NCBI GenBank assembly: GCA_050273025.1
Contig: CP158636.1
Coordinates: forward strand, 5,952,001-6,016,000
Source: Cenococcum geophilum
Lineage: Eukaryota
Reading direction: 5' to 3'
DNA: 64,000 bases
Part shown: positions 14,259 to 25,083 of the stretch, one piece after another
How the letters are laid out: the number at the start of each line of letters is the position of its first letter
Position numbering within the stretch: position 1 is the stretch's first letter
The notes under the pieces: generated by a model
Databases searched by the model: none
What the model saw: only the letters and a program-made list of their open reading frames with translations
What the model was told of the DNA's origin: nothing
Program-made: the position numbers and the translations under genes

Positions 14259-15151
14259 TGGGCAAATAGAACGCCAGAACTAAACCCTAGAGTATTACCT
14301 CTATATGTTTTATAACAAAAAGTAAAGTAACTAGGCAGGCCTTTTATTACTAGCTGAATTCGCCTATAATAATGCTAAATATAGTATAATAGGTATAAGC
14401 CCGTTTTATACCTGCTATAGGTTTTACCTATATCTAGAATACGAGGTCTAGACAAACGATAGTAGTTCTATTCTAGCCGCCTCTAAGAGGATTAAAAGAA
14501 TATCCCTTAAACGCGAAGCGCTAGCGAAACGCTAAGAGCACGCCGCCAAGGCGTAGGCGAAATACTATAATCGTTATTACTAACTATAGGTATATAAAGT
14601 AGGGGATCTAGTCTTACTATTGACTAAGAACCTTAAACTAAAAAGGCTAAATAAGAAACTTATAGCACGCTTTATTAGACCTTTTAGTATAGCTAAACTA
14701 GTTAAAAAGTAAGCATACCAACTATATCTACCTACGTCTTACCGTATCTACCTAGTATTTTATATTAGCTTACTAGAGCTATATAAATAATATAAGGGCA
14801 CTACTAGAGACCCTCTACTAGGGCCTATTAAGCTAGATAATTAAGCGGACTAAGAGGACTAATATAAGGTAGAAGAAGTATATAAAAGGAAGGGATATAA
14901 CTAGACCCTACAGTACTTAGTTAAGTAAAAAGGCTAGCTAAAAGAATATAATAAATAGGTCCTAGTAAAAGATATTAATAAGGACGTAAAGGAGATATAT
15001 AATAGTTACTTTACCCTAAGGGGCAAACAGAAAAGAAAGTAGGTAGAAAAATAAAAAACTTTTAATTATAACTAAGGTTACGCCCTATTAGCGGGGCGAC
15101 GACAGAACGACGGCGAAGTAATGGTAGTACGCTAATAGAAATATAGATACT

Positions 15152-15921
15152 CTATAGCTCTAACAAATCCCCCCTCTCCTCCCCTCCTTCCTTTTTCTCC
15201 TCCTCTCCCCCCTTATTCTCCTCCTCCTCTCCCTCCTCCTTATCCTCCTTATCCCTTATAATGGGAGGTATATTGGCCTATAAGTACTATTAGTATACGC
15301 TATAACAGCGAAATACCTACGCTATGACACGTACTAAAGCGCGTATTATATTAAGAATTCCTTTAAGAGTATAACGGATGGCCTGTAATTCCTACACTTA
15401 GAGTAGGGAAAAGTCTTCGCCCTTTAGACGCTGGTGGAGACCGTGCTTAGCGCCGGTGCGTACTAAGGCCTCGATATCCTTCATAAAGGACTTTTAGACG
15501 GCAGTAACGCGAGCGTTAAGGTTAGCCGTATCTCCGCTAGTAACCCGCTAGCGCTTAGCCCTATTAATGAGGGTAAGTAGCTTATTTAGGCGGCTATAGA
15601 AGGCCTTAGGGACCTAGTCTATTAGCTATTAAAACCTAAACTAACGCACTTAGACTTACTAGTTGGTATGACTTATTTAGTTATCGGCAGTACCCGCAAT
15701 TACAGTTAGCCTACTTACCGTAAGTAGTCCACCCAGTAGTAGCTACGCGCTTGGCGTAGCGGAGGCAAATTAGTTTAAGTAAGGCTGGGGGAGCACCTTG
15801 CAAGCAATAAGGAAGCTTAGACGGCATCTAGTAGGGTTAGCGACAGCTATAAGCTAGTATAAAGAATATTTACGGAAGGCTCGCCAACAGGCGGACCGGC
15901 GGCGCTACGCTTGCGATTTAT
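15152..15921 (-). pseudogene. Four-exon antisense accessory gene of element B: ~206-aa protein with Cys6 (Zn2Cys6-like) motif and acidic C-terminal tail, RIP-degraded
   Basis: Exons 15921-15874, 15827-15660, 15613-15335, 15277-15152. Introns GTAAAT..CTAAC..TAG, GTAAGT..CTAAT..TAG and GTACGT..CTAAT..TAG, all phase 0. Frame is continuous; internal stops are only TAA/TAG. Confidence 0.75.
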
Positions 15922-16181
15922 AATTAATTAGAAGTTAAGAAGACGGCGAGTCGCAAACTAAACGAATCGAAATTAAATAGGAAGGGAAATCTAGTGTCCT
16001 ACCTTAGTGGGAACTCCTACCTTTATAGATCTCTACAAGGTCCTATTATTACATTATCCTATTATTATATTGTCCTATCGTTACATTATCTAATTCACTT
16101 AAATTTGTTAAAAACTTTTTATTTAGAGAAGGGCAATAATAGCGTTAGCTAAGGACAGCCGCTTAAGAAGGGGGGGGCAAT

Positions 16182-16384
16182 TATTAGGCCATAGAGACGC
16201 ACTAGCCGTAACTGGCTTAGCGCAGGCGAAGCGCAGGCGAGGCGCCTACAAAACGTAGTCGCCCCGTATTAGAGAATAGCAGAATTCAGTTCTACAGTTC
16301 TACTTCATCAAAAACCAGAAACTCTTTGCATCCCGCTACTGTTGTCACGTTACTACATGCCCTAAGGACCTTGGCGTCCTAATA
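16182..16384 (+). repeat. 3' LTR of element B
   Basis: TATTAGG...CCTAATA (RIP-altered termini); matches 3636-3838; followed by TSD CTATA. Confidence 0.95.
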
Positions 16385-16389
16385 CTATA

Positions 16390-18342
16390 ATAGATGCCAA
16401 ACTAAACTACTACATCCATGATAAAGAAATGCTAGCTATTATCTTTAGCTTTTAGCACTAGCGTGTACAGCTAAAGGGGACCCCTAAGCCTATTAAGGTA
16501 GTTTTGGATTATAAGGCCCTAGAATACTTTATAACAACTAAGGCCCTTACGGCCCGGCAGGCACGCTAAGCGGATATCCTATCTTAGTTTAACTTCTTAA
16601 TTATATATAGACTAGGCGCTACGAACCGTGTGGATGCTTTTACTAGGCGTGAATAAGACCTAGGTAACCAGACGGCTATAAAGATCTTATTATAGACCTA
16701 GACACTACTACGACCGAAATACCTTAACCCCTAGATATAGGCAGAACTAAGTATAGACTCCTTAGGCGCCGAGATGTATCCTATTAAACCCTTAGGATTT
16801 AACTTTATTAATAAACTACTACAGGTAAACCGAACGGCCCCCTCTCTATAGGAGTACCGTAAAAAGGCAAAGAACATTGCCAGCCTATAGTCCCTTAAAA
16901 ACGGACTACTTAAGCACTAGGAACGGCTAGTAGTAGCTAAGAAATAGAACTTACGGACCCGGCTTATTGCCGAAGCTTATACCTAGGTCTCTACGGCCCA
17001 CCCTAGAAAGAATAAGACCCGTAAAATTATTAGTAACCGATACTACTGGCCTAGAATAGTTACGGATATCGACCGCTATATACGGAACTATAACGACTGC
17101 CGTAGGTTTATAATTTTATAGGATAAAACCCTAGGATTATTAAAGCTACTCCTAATACTAGAACGCCCCTAGCAGTATATCTCTATAGACTTCTATAAAC
17201 TGCCTCTAGACCGTAATAGATACGATATAGTTATAATTCTAGTTAACCGCTTTAGCAAGCGCCCGTTCTTAATTCCCTACTATAAGAATATTAATGCTAA
17301 AGAGGCGGCCTAACTATATATCTACTATGTTTACCGAATTTACGGACTACTAAATACTATTGTATCCAATTACGGGCCGCAGTTTATATCGGCCTTTTAG
17401 AACGAGTTTACCCGGATCTTAGGCATTAGGCTAAAGCTTTCTACGGCATACTACCCCTAGATAGACGGTTAGACGGAGATTATAAACTAATATTTAGACC
17501 AGAGACTCCGGCCTTTTATTAACTACTTTTAGGATAACTAGGCTAAACTACTACCCCTAATAGACTATACCCAAGCGACCCTACCCCACAACTTTACTAG
17601 ATTTGCCCCTATTTAACTAGAAATAGGCTACTTACCCCATATAAGCTTTAACTAGAAAAGACTAGAAGGACCCTAGACTATATATAAGAAACTATCCCAT
17701 AAGGAAGCCTAGTAGTACGCTAAGCGCTTAGAAGAAGCCTAGACGGTAGCCCGCATAAACCTATAAAAGGCCTAGAAATTAATGGAATAGTAGGTAAATA
17801 GGTATAGGCGCAAGCCTAACTTTACCGTAGGTAATATGGTCTAGGTTATAATAAAGAACTAGAAAATAGAACGGCCTAGCCGTAAGCTGGACTATAAGAT
17901 GGTAGGACTATATAAGATTCTTAATAAAGTAGGCAACTCGTACAAGGTTAAACTCCTGGATTTAATTAAGGTCCACCCTGTCTTCTTACTAGATAAGCTA
18001 CAAAAGGCTATAAACAACCTATTACCTAGATAAAAGAATAAACCGCCCCTACCGATTTAAGTTAACGGCGACGATGAATAGGAAATTAAAGAAATACTGG
18101 CCTATAAACTTATAAAGGGAACGCTAAAGTATTATATTAGTTGGAAAGGATATAACCTAGACCCTACTTAGTACCCCACATAGAACTTTATAGGTAGTCC
18201 CTATAAGCTTTAGGAGTTCTATAGCCGTTACCCTAATAAACCTAGACCGCCAAAATACCTAGATAAATGGATGGAATACTAGCATAATAAAGACAATAAG
18301 TTACCAGAAGAGCATAAAGATAGGAACGCCCTATGGGTATAG
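16390..18342 (+). pseudogene. pol of element A, 3' part (RNase H end, integrase, chromodomain)
   Basis: IHDKEMLAI, GPQFISAF, KLSTAY.P..DG..E integrase motifs; VNGDDE.EI.EIL...WKGY chromodomain. Confidence 0.88.
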
Positions 18343-18389
18343 TACGGACTATAAAGCCTAAGGGCAGGCTTTTTCGGAGGGGGGGGTAA

Positions 18390-18590
18390 TGTTACGGCAC
18401 TGGCAAACTGCCGTTAGATTGCCGCAAATTGCCGTCACGTAACCAGAGGATTGTACATAACTTTGAGCGGCGCTGCTACTCTTCTCCTTTCCTTTCTCTA
18501 GCTTTGGATCCTCGTTTATAGACTACCAATCGTACAGGCTTGCGCGTCCCTCTTGCCGTGCTTATGCCTCGATTGACTGAGTTGCTAACA
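18390..18590 (+). repeat. 3' LTR of element A (201 bp)
   Basis: TGTTA...TAACA; preceded by PPT. Confidence 0.95.
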
Positions 18591-18595
18591 CTGGG

Positions 18596-18830
18596 TCTCC
18601 TCTCTTTTTTACTATTTTTATTTTATTTTATAGTATCTTATATAAGGAGAAGTATAAATAAAGAGGGTATAAATTATTAAGAAAGCTAAGGATATTAGTA
18701 GAATTCCCTACAGGTATAATTACTCGCTTATTTAGCGAGGTTTATCAAAAAAATCGATCGATATAATAATGATATGATATGATATCACTTATCGTATCAA
18801 TCTAATCGATAACGATTTTCGCCCACCCTG
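18596..18830. mobile_element. Probable right end of a hAT-like DNA transposon into which element A inserted
   Basis: AT-rich segment with clustered GATAT/CGAT repeats ending ...CGATAACGATTTTCGCCCACCCTG (reverse complement CAGGGTGGGCGAAAATCG, a hAT-type CAGGG terminus). Composition changes abruptly after 18830. Confidence 0.5.
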
Positions 18831-19134
18831 CGAGTCCTTCCTCCCGGCAGCGGTCGACATATACAAGACTGCCTTCTATCTCCGTGAGCGAGCAGCACAC
18901 TCCCGAGAGTGGCCTTCATAAACATTCAAACATCCTAAATTCTACAAGCAGCTCAATCAGCTCAATCAGAACCTCCATTCTCGATTTCTCGAGCAGATCA
19001 TCTCAGGCTTTTCGCAGAGTACCCGTCAGCTCGAAAAGTCACGCCACTTGCTAATCTTCCATTCATGTATTGCAACTACCGCCTATCTGAGTCCTGGATA
19101 TTAAGCTAACGCTTAAAATAACTCTACTGAAACC

Positions 19135-20790
19135 CATTGGATCCAGATCGTCATAATCTGGATACATCGACTCACGCTCCATCCATTGGTTAAGTATCCC
19201 ACCTCTGCGCTACAAGCTAACTGTCTGGCCTCTCATACTCCAATGCTACAACGGGAGCCGCCATCTCTTCTAAGAGGCCACGAAAAGTATGGTGAGGTCT
19301 GCGATCACCCCCAACTGCATTCGCAGAACGTCGAGTGAAGTCCATCTTTCAAGGCCCGATCCTCCGCATCGCACCAAACTCCCCTGTGTTTAACCTTGAA
19401 ACGGCTCCAAATGTCATTTACGGATCCAAGCGGGTAAACGTGTGCAATTCGGAAAGGTACAAGACGGCGGGATGTGTGGCGGAGGCATATAACACTTTCA
19501 GCGAGACTGACAAGGAAGGCATGCGGTTAGACGGCACTGGATCAGCCCGGCATTCTCAGATAGTTCCTTGAAGGCAGTGGAGGAGTCCATGCTGAGATAT
19601 ATTGATATATTCTGTGACTTGTTGAAGCCTGCGGGTACTTAGAGTGGGAAGAAGAACGTGAACGTCCTGTCCACATGGCTGGGGTTTGATATCAAGGGCC
19701 ATTTGGCATATGGAAGCCGCTTTCGGTGTATGGAGGACGAAGATAATCGTGCCTTGGCTAAATCTATGATAACTACGAGCAAGTTTGCTTACTGCAGCAG
19801 TGTCCTCTCCTAGACAAACTTAGAATGTCTACTTACTGATAACATCTCACTAGTCGTCATGTTTGCTGTCTCCTTGGCTTGCGCGATTCCTGATGAAGAA
19901 TGGATTTGCTGAAATTATGAGTGGCAAAGCCGCCAGGGAAAGCATCCAACCAGTTAATTACGCAATCGACCAATTGGACCGGAGAATTGAAAAAGAGAAG
20001 GAATCACAAAGAGGAGAAAAAGATATTCCGAAGGACTTGATGCACTACCTTCTCAACAACATAGACCGCAAAACAGGCAGTCGGCCCGACCGAAGTGAGC
20101 TTAATTCCAGAAGTCTTAATATCATTAATGCTGGGGCAGATCCGTTTGCAGGTGTGCTTGCGGCAGCTTTCTTCTATCTATTGCATAATCAATGTGCACT
20201 ACGCAAAGCAACGAAAGAAATCAGGGAAATGTTTAGTACTCCCTCAGAAATCTGCAGTGGGCCTAAGCTCAATTCTTGTGTCTATCTTCAAGCTTGTATA
20301 CAGGAGACATTGCGTCTAGCACCACCAGCTCCCAGCCATCTTCCTCGCGAAGTCCTCCCGGGCGATATTGACGTCTACGGGACCACATTCCTGGTGGTAT
20401 GGTGGTCGCCGTTCCCGCATACTCAATCCACCACAACATCGAATGCTACCCCGACCCGTAGTAATTCCGCCCAGAACGTTGGATTCCCTCGGAAAGCACC
20501 TCTAGAGAAAGTGTTGAGCTCGCTCATTGGACATTTTGTCCGTTTAGCTTAGGCATTTGCCGGTGTATTGGGAAGAATGTAGAGTATTTGGAGTTGAAAC
20601 TCGTGCTGGCACATATTCTGCATCGCTTTGATATGCGGCTTGCAGCTACAGATATGAATTTAGGAGGCGGTAATCCAGATCTAGAGGGAGAGAGACATAG
20701 ATTGGATGAGTTCCAATTGGTGGATTACATAGGAGTTGCGCGCAATGGGCCCGTGGGGACTTTAAGCTTGCTAAGACGGAGTGAACGTTT
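19135..20790 (+). pseudogene. Cytochrome P450 pseudogene
   Basis: HRLTLHPLVKYP N-terminal motif, AGAD I-helix, ETLR, FRPERW and heme motif PFSLGICRCIG are present but in different frames. Frameshift near 20378; tandem stops TAG TAA at 20459-20464. Confidence 0.88.
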
Positions 20791-22383
20791 AAGGGGTCTT
20801 TTTGTCTTGATCTTGGAGGGCTCCACCATAGATCCAAAAACGAATTCGAATTGTTCAGTAAGAAATCCCCCTGATCCAATTTCCTCTGGCGAATTACGAT
20901 TATAAGCTCGAAAACAACCCCTTCAGGGAATACTTGCACAGACTTTGAAGTCTTCATCTGATTGAGATATGCAAAGTGTCGAACGTTGAGGTCACTGTCA
21001 GGTACCACCTTATGACTCACACCCTGTTTCTATTACCTATTACCGACTGAGTGGCAATATCGACCTGGTGGCGATTGAGTAATAGCTCCAGAATAGTCGT
21101 CAGCGTCGTCGTCAGTCCTTTGCCCCGACCTCATGTATATAGAGAGCTTCTAGAGCTAGCTTCAATCGACAGAGTTCTTATGAGTGACTTGTCCGTCCGA
21201 CACAAAGCTACCATTATTTGGTTAGGGGAGAATCTTGATATATTCGGACTCAGGTGGGGGCTGCTTGTCTGTTGGTATGCTGGACGTCTACCGTATCTTT
21301 ATTGAGAGTAAAGCTCGATGGTTGAGGTAGCTAGTAGATCAAGGAGTGGTAGGTAGTCCGATATAACCGTTTATCTCAGGTCAGTAAATCAAACTTGGAT
21401 TTCATACTTCAACCGTATTGTCATCCGCGGAACTTGCGCCTATTTAAATTCGTACCTAAGCCGATGTTGCAGCCGTATGTCACTATGTTAGTTGCAGCTT
21501 ATGCCAGAGAGCCTCTTATCATTCCGGATAACAGGATTATTAACGCGTAGACCGCTTCGAGGCGGCTAATTAAGGCTGAAGATAGAAGTGTGCCCCCGAA
21601 AAAGCGCAGCACAGACTGGATCACGCAGTAGAGAGGGTATGAGAACTTGCGATCGGCTTGAAGCGGCGACTTGCAGTGTTTGGAATGAGGGCTCTTGTTC
21701 AGGAAGTCTTCGATTGGTAGGGATAGCGACTCGAGGTCTCTGGGTCGGCCCGTCTTGGTAGGAGAGGATAAGAGGGACGAGTTGTCGTGTCTTGTGACGA
21801 GTCCGCCTGCGATCCAGCGAATCTCCTGCAGCATAGACGACGAATCTGCGGATAGTGGTATGAGGTCTTCGAGTCGGCAAGTGGTAGTGTGAGACGGCGA
21901 CTTGTGTCTACGGCGAGGTCGCGCTGTGTGACGCGACTGGTCGCACCCTAGGAGTGATTAAGGCTCGTCGACACTATCGACAGTCATCTAAACACCGTTT
22001 TATCGTGCCACCGACTAAACCAAATACTACGGCAAAGCCTTATATAGCTCAATATGTTAAAAGAAATTATTGTCGACATATGGTAGCGTCATACCATCTG
22101 GTGATCCATGCACTGGCAATATGATGTTCGTGATGACAAAAGTAAGAAGTGTCGTTGATTCAAGATCAGCGCATCGCTGCGTTTCTGGTCGGTTGCGATT
22201 GGTCCAGTTGCAGTCACTCGAAAATATTCAATTTTCAATTTTGGGAACACATCTTAACGCAAAAGTAAACAACATGCTCCATAGCTATTTCTCCTCCAGC
22301 ATTGCAGATTAAGTGATGCAATGATATCGAAAAATGGGCTTCTTAAATCAGGTAAGTACACTTTCGCAATCTCGGAAATGCAC

Positions 22384-24102
22384 TCAACAAACCAACGTTA
22401 ACTGCCTTTCTGGCTCATTCTTCCCTGCGAACATGACCTTTATCCTCTTCACCTGCTCCACCTTCAGCTCCTTCCATACTTCCGTATGTCCTTTCAGCTT
22501 CTCCAGGCCTTGCTTTTCCAAATCTGCATTCACCCAGGTCAACAACTCGTCCACGTAGTCTACCTCCCTATCCTTTAGACTGTGAAATCTTTTGCCAAAG
22601 CCTTTTTCTTCCACTCTTTTCCTGTATTCCGCTCTCATAAAGCTCTCCTTAGGTAATTTAACCTTACTACTCAACACCTTCGCCACCACCATTGCCTGGA
22701 ATTCGAATAGTGTAAATGTAGCTGTAAAATACGGGACACCCACGAAAATCAGCGTTGGATCTGGGATATAGAAGATATCTTTGTGAAGGTTATGACGTTG
22801 TGTGCCGTCAGTCACAAGGACTTTGTCATCTGCGAGGTGAACTGGCGTATTATCAGAGTGGAGGTAGCGTAGAAAAGGCAGGAAAACGTGATAGCCAGTG
22901 CACAACACAATATGGTGGATGTCACAAAGCTTTTGCCCAGATTTCAGGATTATGGTAGTAGGAATGGATTCTGCTTCCGGCAGAGGGCCATCCGGGTGTG
23001 AATGTGAAAGATCGAAAGACTCAATCTCGCTAACTCTATTAGCATTTGACGGCAAGAGGCTTGAGGGGAGATCAAAAGCGCCATTTCGGTGGACTTGATA
23101 TATTTCGTTCGCTACGGGACCGAGTTCGCGAGCGATATCCGTGGAAGATACGCTTGCACCCACTAGGACGACATTCTAAAGGTTGAAGATGGTTAGTCAG
23201 AGAGTTAGAATGGCGTGAAGTAGCTATTTAGTAGGATGTGACGTGCTTTTCCTTTGAATACGTCCGGCGTTCTGTATCCCTTCGAGTGCTGAACTCGACT
23301 GGGCCATCGCTTCTTCAACTCGCCTAACCCAGGGATATTTGGAACTCGAGCTGCATGATAATGACCGGAGGCAGCTATGACCGCATCAAATTCCTGAAAA
23401 ACTTAGTCCTAAATTGCAGCTCCGGATGCGCATGCATACCCATATCGTCCTCCGCTTATATTTGCTTGCGGTACTACCACCACCGAGAGTGACCGTTTCC
23501 ACCATCCATTTCCCACCACTCTTCTGAACATTCCTCACCTCGGTATCATATACCGTAATATTTTCTACTCCAGTCTTGCGAGAGGTGTCCTGTATGTATG
23601 TTTTCAAAACCGAATGACCGACAAAGTCGGGCGTTCCAGGTGGAAAGGCGTTTAGCGTTGTCTGTAACAACCTTGTGGGTACATTGTTGGTGAGGCCGAT
23701 ATAACAAGGTCTGTCCTAATACCATTTAATCAACTTGCTGTAGGACAAAAGGTAAACGCTTCAAATGCTACTTACCCGGGCGGAGAATGCTGGAGCCGTG
23801 CTATCTCTGACGGCTCCTCGGCGCTGTTCGTGCGAGTATCCATATATAGTCTATCCGCTTGCGATGCAAGAGTAGAAGGATACGCTGGCTCGATAGGCTT
23901 CCGTCCATCGTACACCCTATTTTACTCTTTGTTAGCAATTAAGTCACGATTAGCCGAAGGGAGCGTACCACACGCCGCCTGCAACACTCGATCTCTCAAA
24001 CACGATCACATTTAGCCCTTCACTCTTAAGGTGAGCTGCGGTAGCGACACCACTGATACCTGCTCCAATGACCGCAATTCTCTTGGATGGGAATCGAGCC
24101 AT
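22384..24102 (-). CDS. Flavin-containing monooxygenase (FMO-like, class B), multi-exon
   Basis: [18 protein letters not shown] (FAD GxGxxG), [17 protein letters not shown] (FMO motif variant), [15 protein letters not shown]; introns with GT..AG. Confidence 0.9.
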
Positions 24103-24680
24103 TCTTCTGTTTGAAGTGCTTTCCGACTAGCAGTTCAAGATCAAATTTAATTTAAGGAATTTCAAACGCGGAAAGATTGGAATAGCTGCAAAAGATCGCG
24201 GATTATCCAAAGTAGAATGATTAATCAGCTAGTTGAGCATCCAGAGAAATACTTTCATCATGCAACATTACTCAATGGTATTCGTGCTTACCCTGACGAG
24301 AGGATAGTGATACAGTATTTGCAAGCGGCGATGGAGCTATCGGATATTAGAGAATAGAGTGATAGCGAAAGTGGGGACTAAGATCTGCAATACAAATCCT
24401 GGGGTCTTGCATCGTTCTTGAGTGGGTCAGTAGCATCGACTAGGTTAGATTCTCTACTACCTTAAGAGTTCCGCAAACGGATGAACTTCGGGTTTAGAAA
24501 CAGCTTCTAAAGCTTCATGAAGTTGAGGAGCAAATTGATCTGATTCGACTGTTCGTCGCGAACATCATTAAGCTCTTAGATCAAGCAATTCGGACAGTGT
24601 AATCGTGGACCGTTGAGTGACCTCTCGAAATGCCGATTCTACGTGTCATGGATACTGCATCGAGTGACCGGAGATTATGT

Positions 24681-24690
24681 ATGGCGTCAT
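24681..24690. promoter_or_regulatory. CYS-3/MetR-type sulfur-regulatory bZIP site
   Basis: ATGGCGTCAT matches the Neurospora CYS-3 consensus ATGRYRYCAT; lies in the divergent promoter of the FMO and TauD genes. Confidence 0.6.
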
Positions 24691-25083
24691 CTGAATCCCA
24701 TATTGTCCAACTCCAGGGCCGATTAAAAGGCGGGGAATTTCAAATATGAAACGGAATAAGACCTCAGATAGGTAAGATGGTGTGGGGGCCTAGGGAAATA
24801 GTGATAAAGAGTATCCAACGATATACGACTATCCCAGTCGTCGATAAGGTAGAGAGCGTTGTAGAGTTGTGAAGCGCAATTGACTTACAGAATGATGTGA
24901 TTAAGATTACCCCGCAACCAAAATAGTCACCTACGTGGAATAGAACAAGCTGACAAAACAATCGAGCCTTAGATTTTAGAATGCTTACGAGTAGAATAAA
25001 TCCTATCGGGAATAGGTCAAACTGTGAGAATCTTTAAGAACTGTGACACCACCAAATGAAGAAAACATACTTGTGAGACCACA

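Larger units (their letters stand above)
3975..15042 (+). pseudogene. gag-pol of element B (split by element C at 8070-14258), RIP-degraded
   Basis: Zn knuckle ~5020-5067; RT motifs KTAFRTRYGHF and VYL(D)(D)I ~6110-6260; integrase STAFHPQTDG|QTERQN split by C; chromodomain YxVEEV...YLVKWKG-like at ~14860-14960. Confidence 0.88.
3636..16384 (+). mobile_element. Ty3/Gypsy chromovirus LTR retrotransposon 'B' inserted in the RNase H region of A; interrupted by C; carries an extra antisense gene
   Basis: 203-bp LTRs at 3636-3838 and 16182-16384. Perfect 5-bp TSD CTATA at 3631-3635 and 16385-16389. [16 protein letters not shown] before the 3' LTR. A's RNase H resumes (..NYxIHDKEMLAI) after the TSD. 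Confidence 0.95.
1..18590 (+). mobile_element. Ty3/Gypsy chromovirus LTR retrotransposon 'A' (outermost, RIP-inactivated; 5' LTR truncated by window edge; interrupted by element B)
   Basis: 1-179 matches 18412-18590 (LTR pair). Polypurine tract GGAGGGGGGGG precedes the 3' LTR. Degenerate gag zinc knuckle (~1380-1430), RT AYLD(N/D)I (~3100), RNase H, integrase and chromodomain (~18060-18180). Confidence 0.95.

Noticed and set aside
20800..21950. Possible degraded minus-strand gene (also 35000-36500)
   Set aside because: Short broken ORFs with no motif I can recognise; would need tBLASTx.
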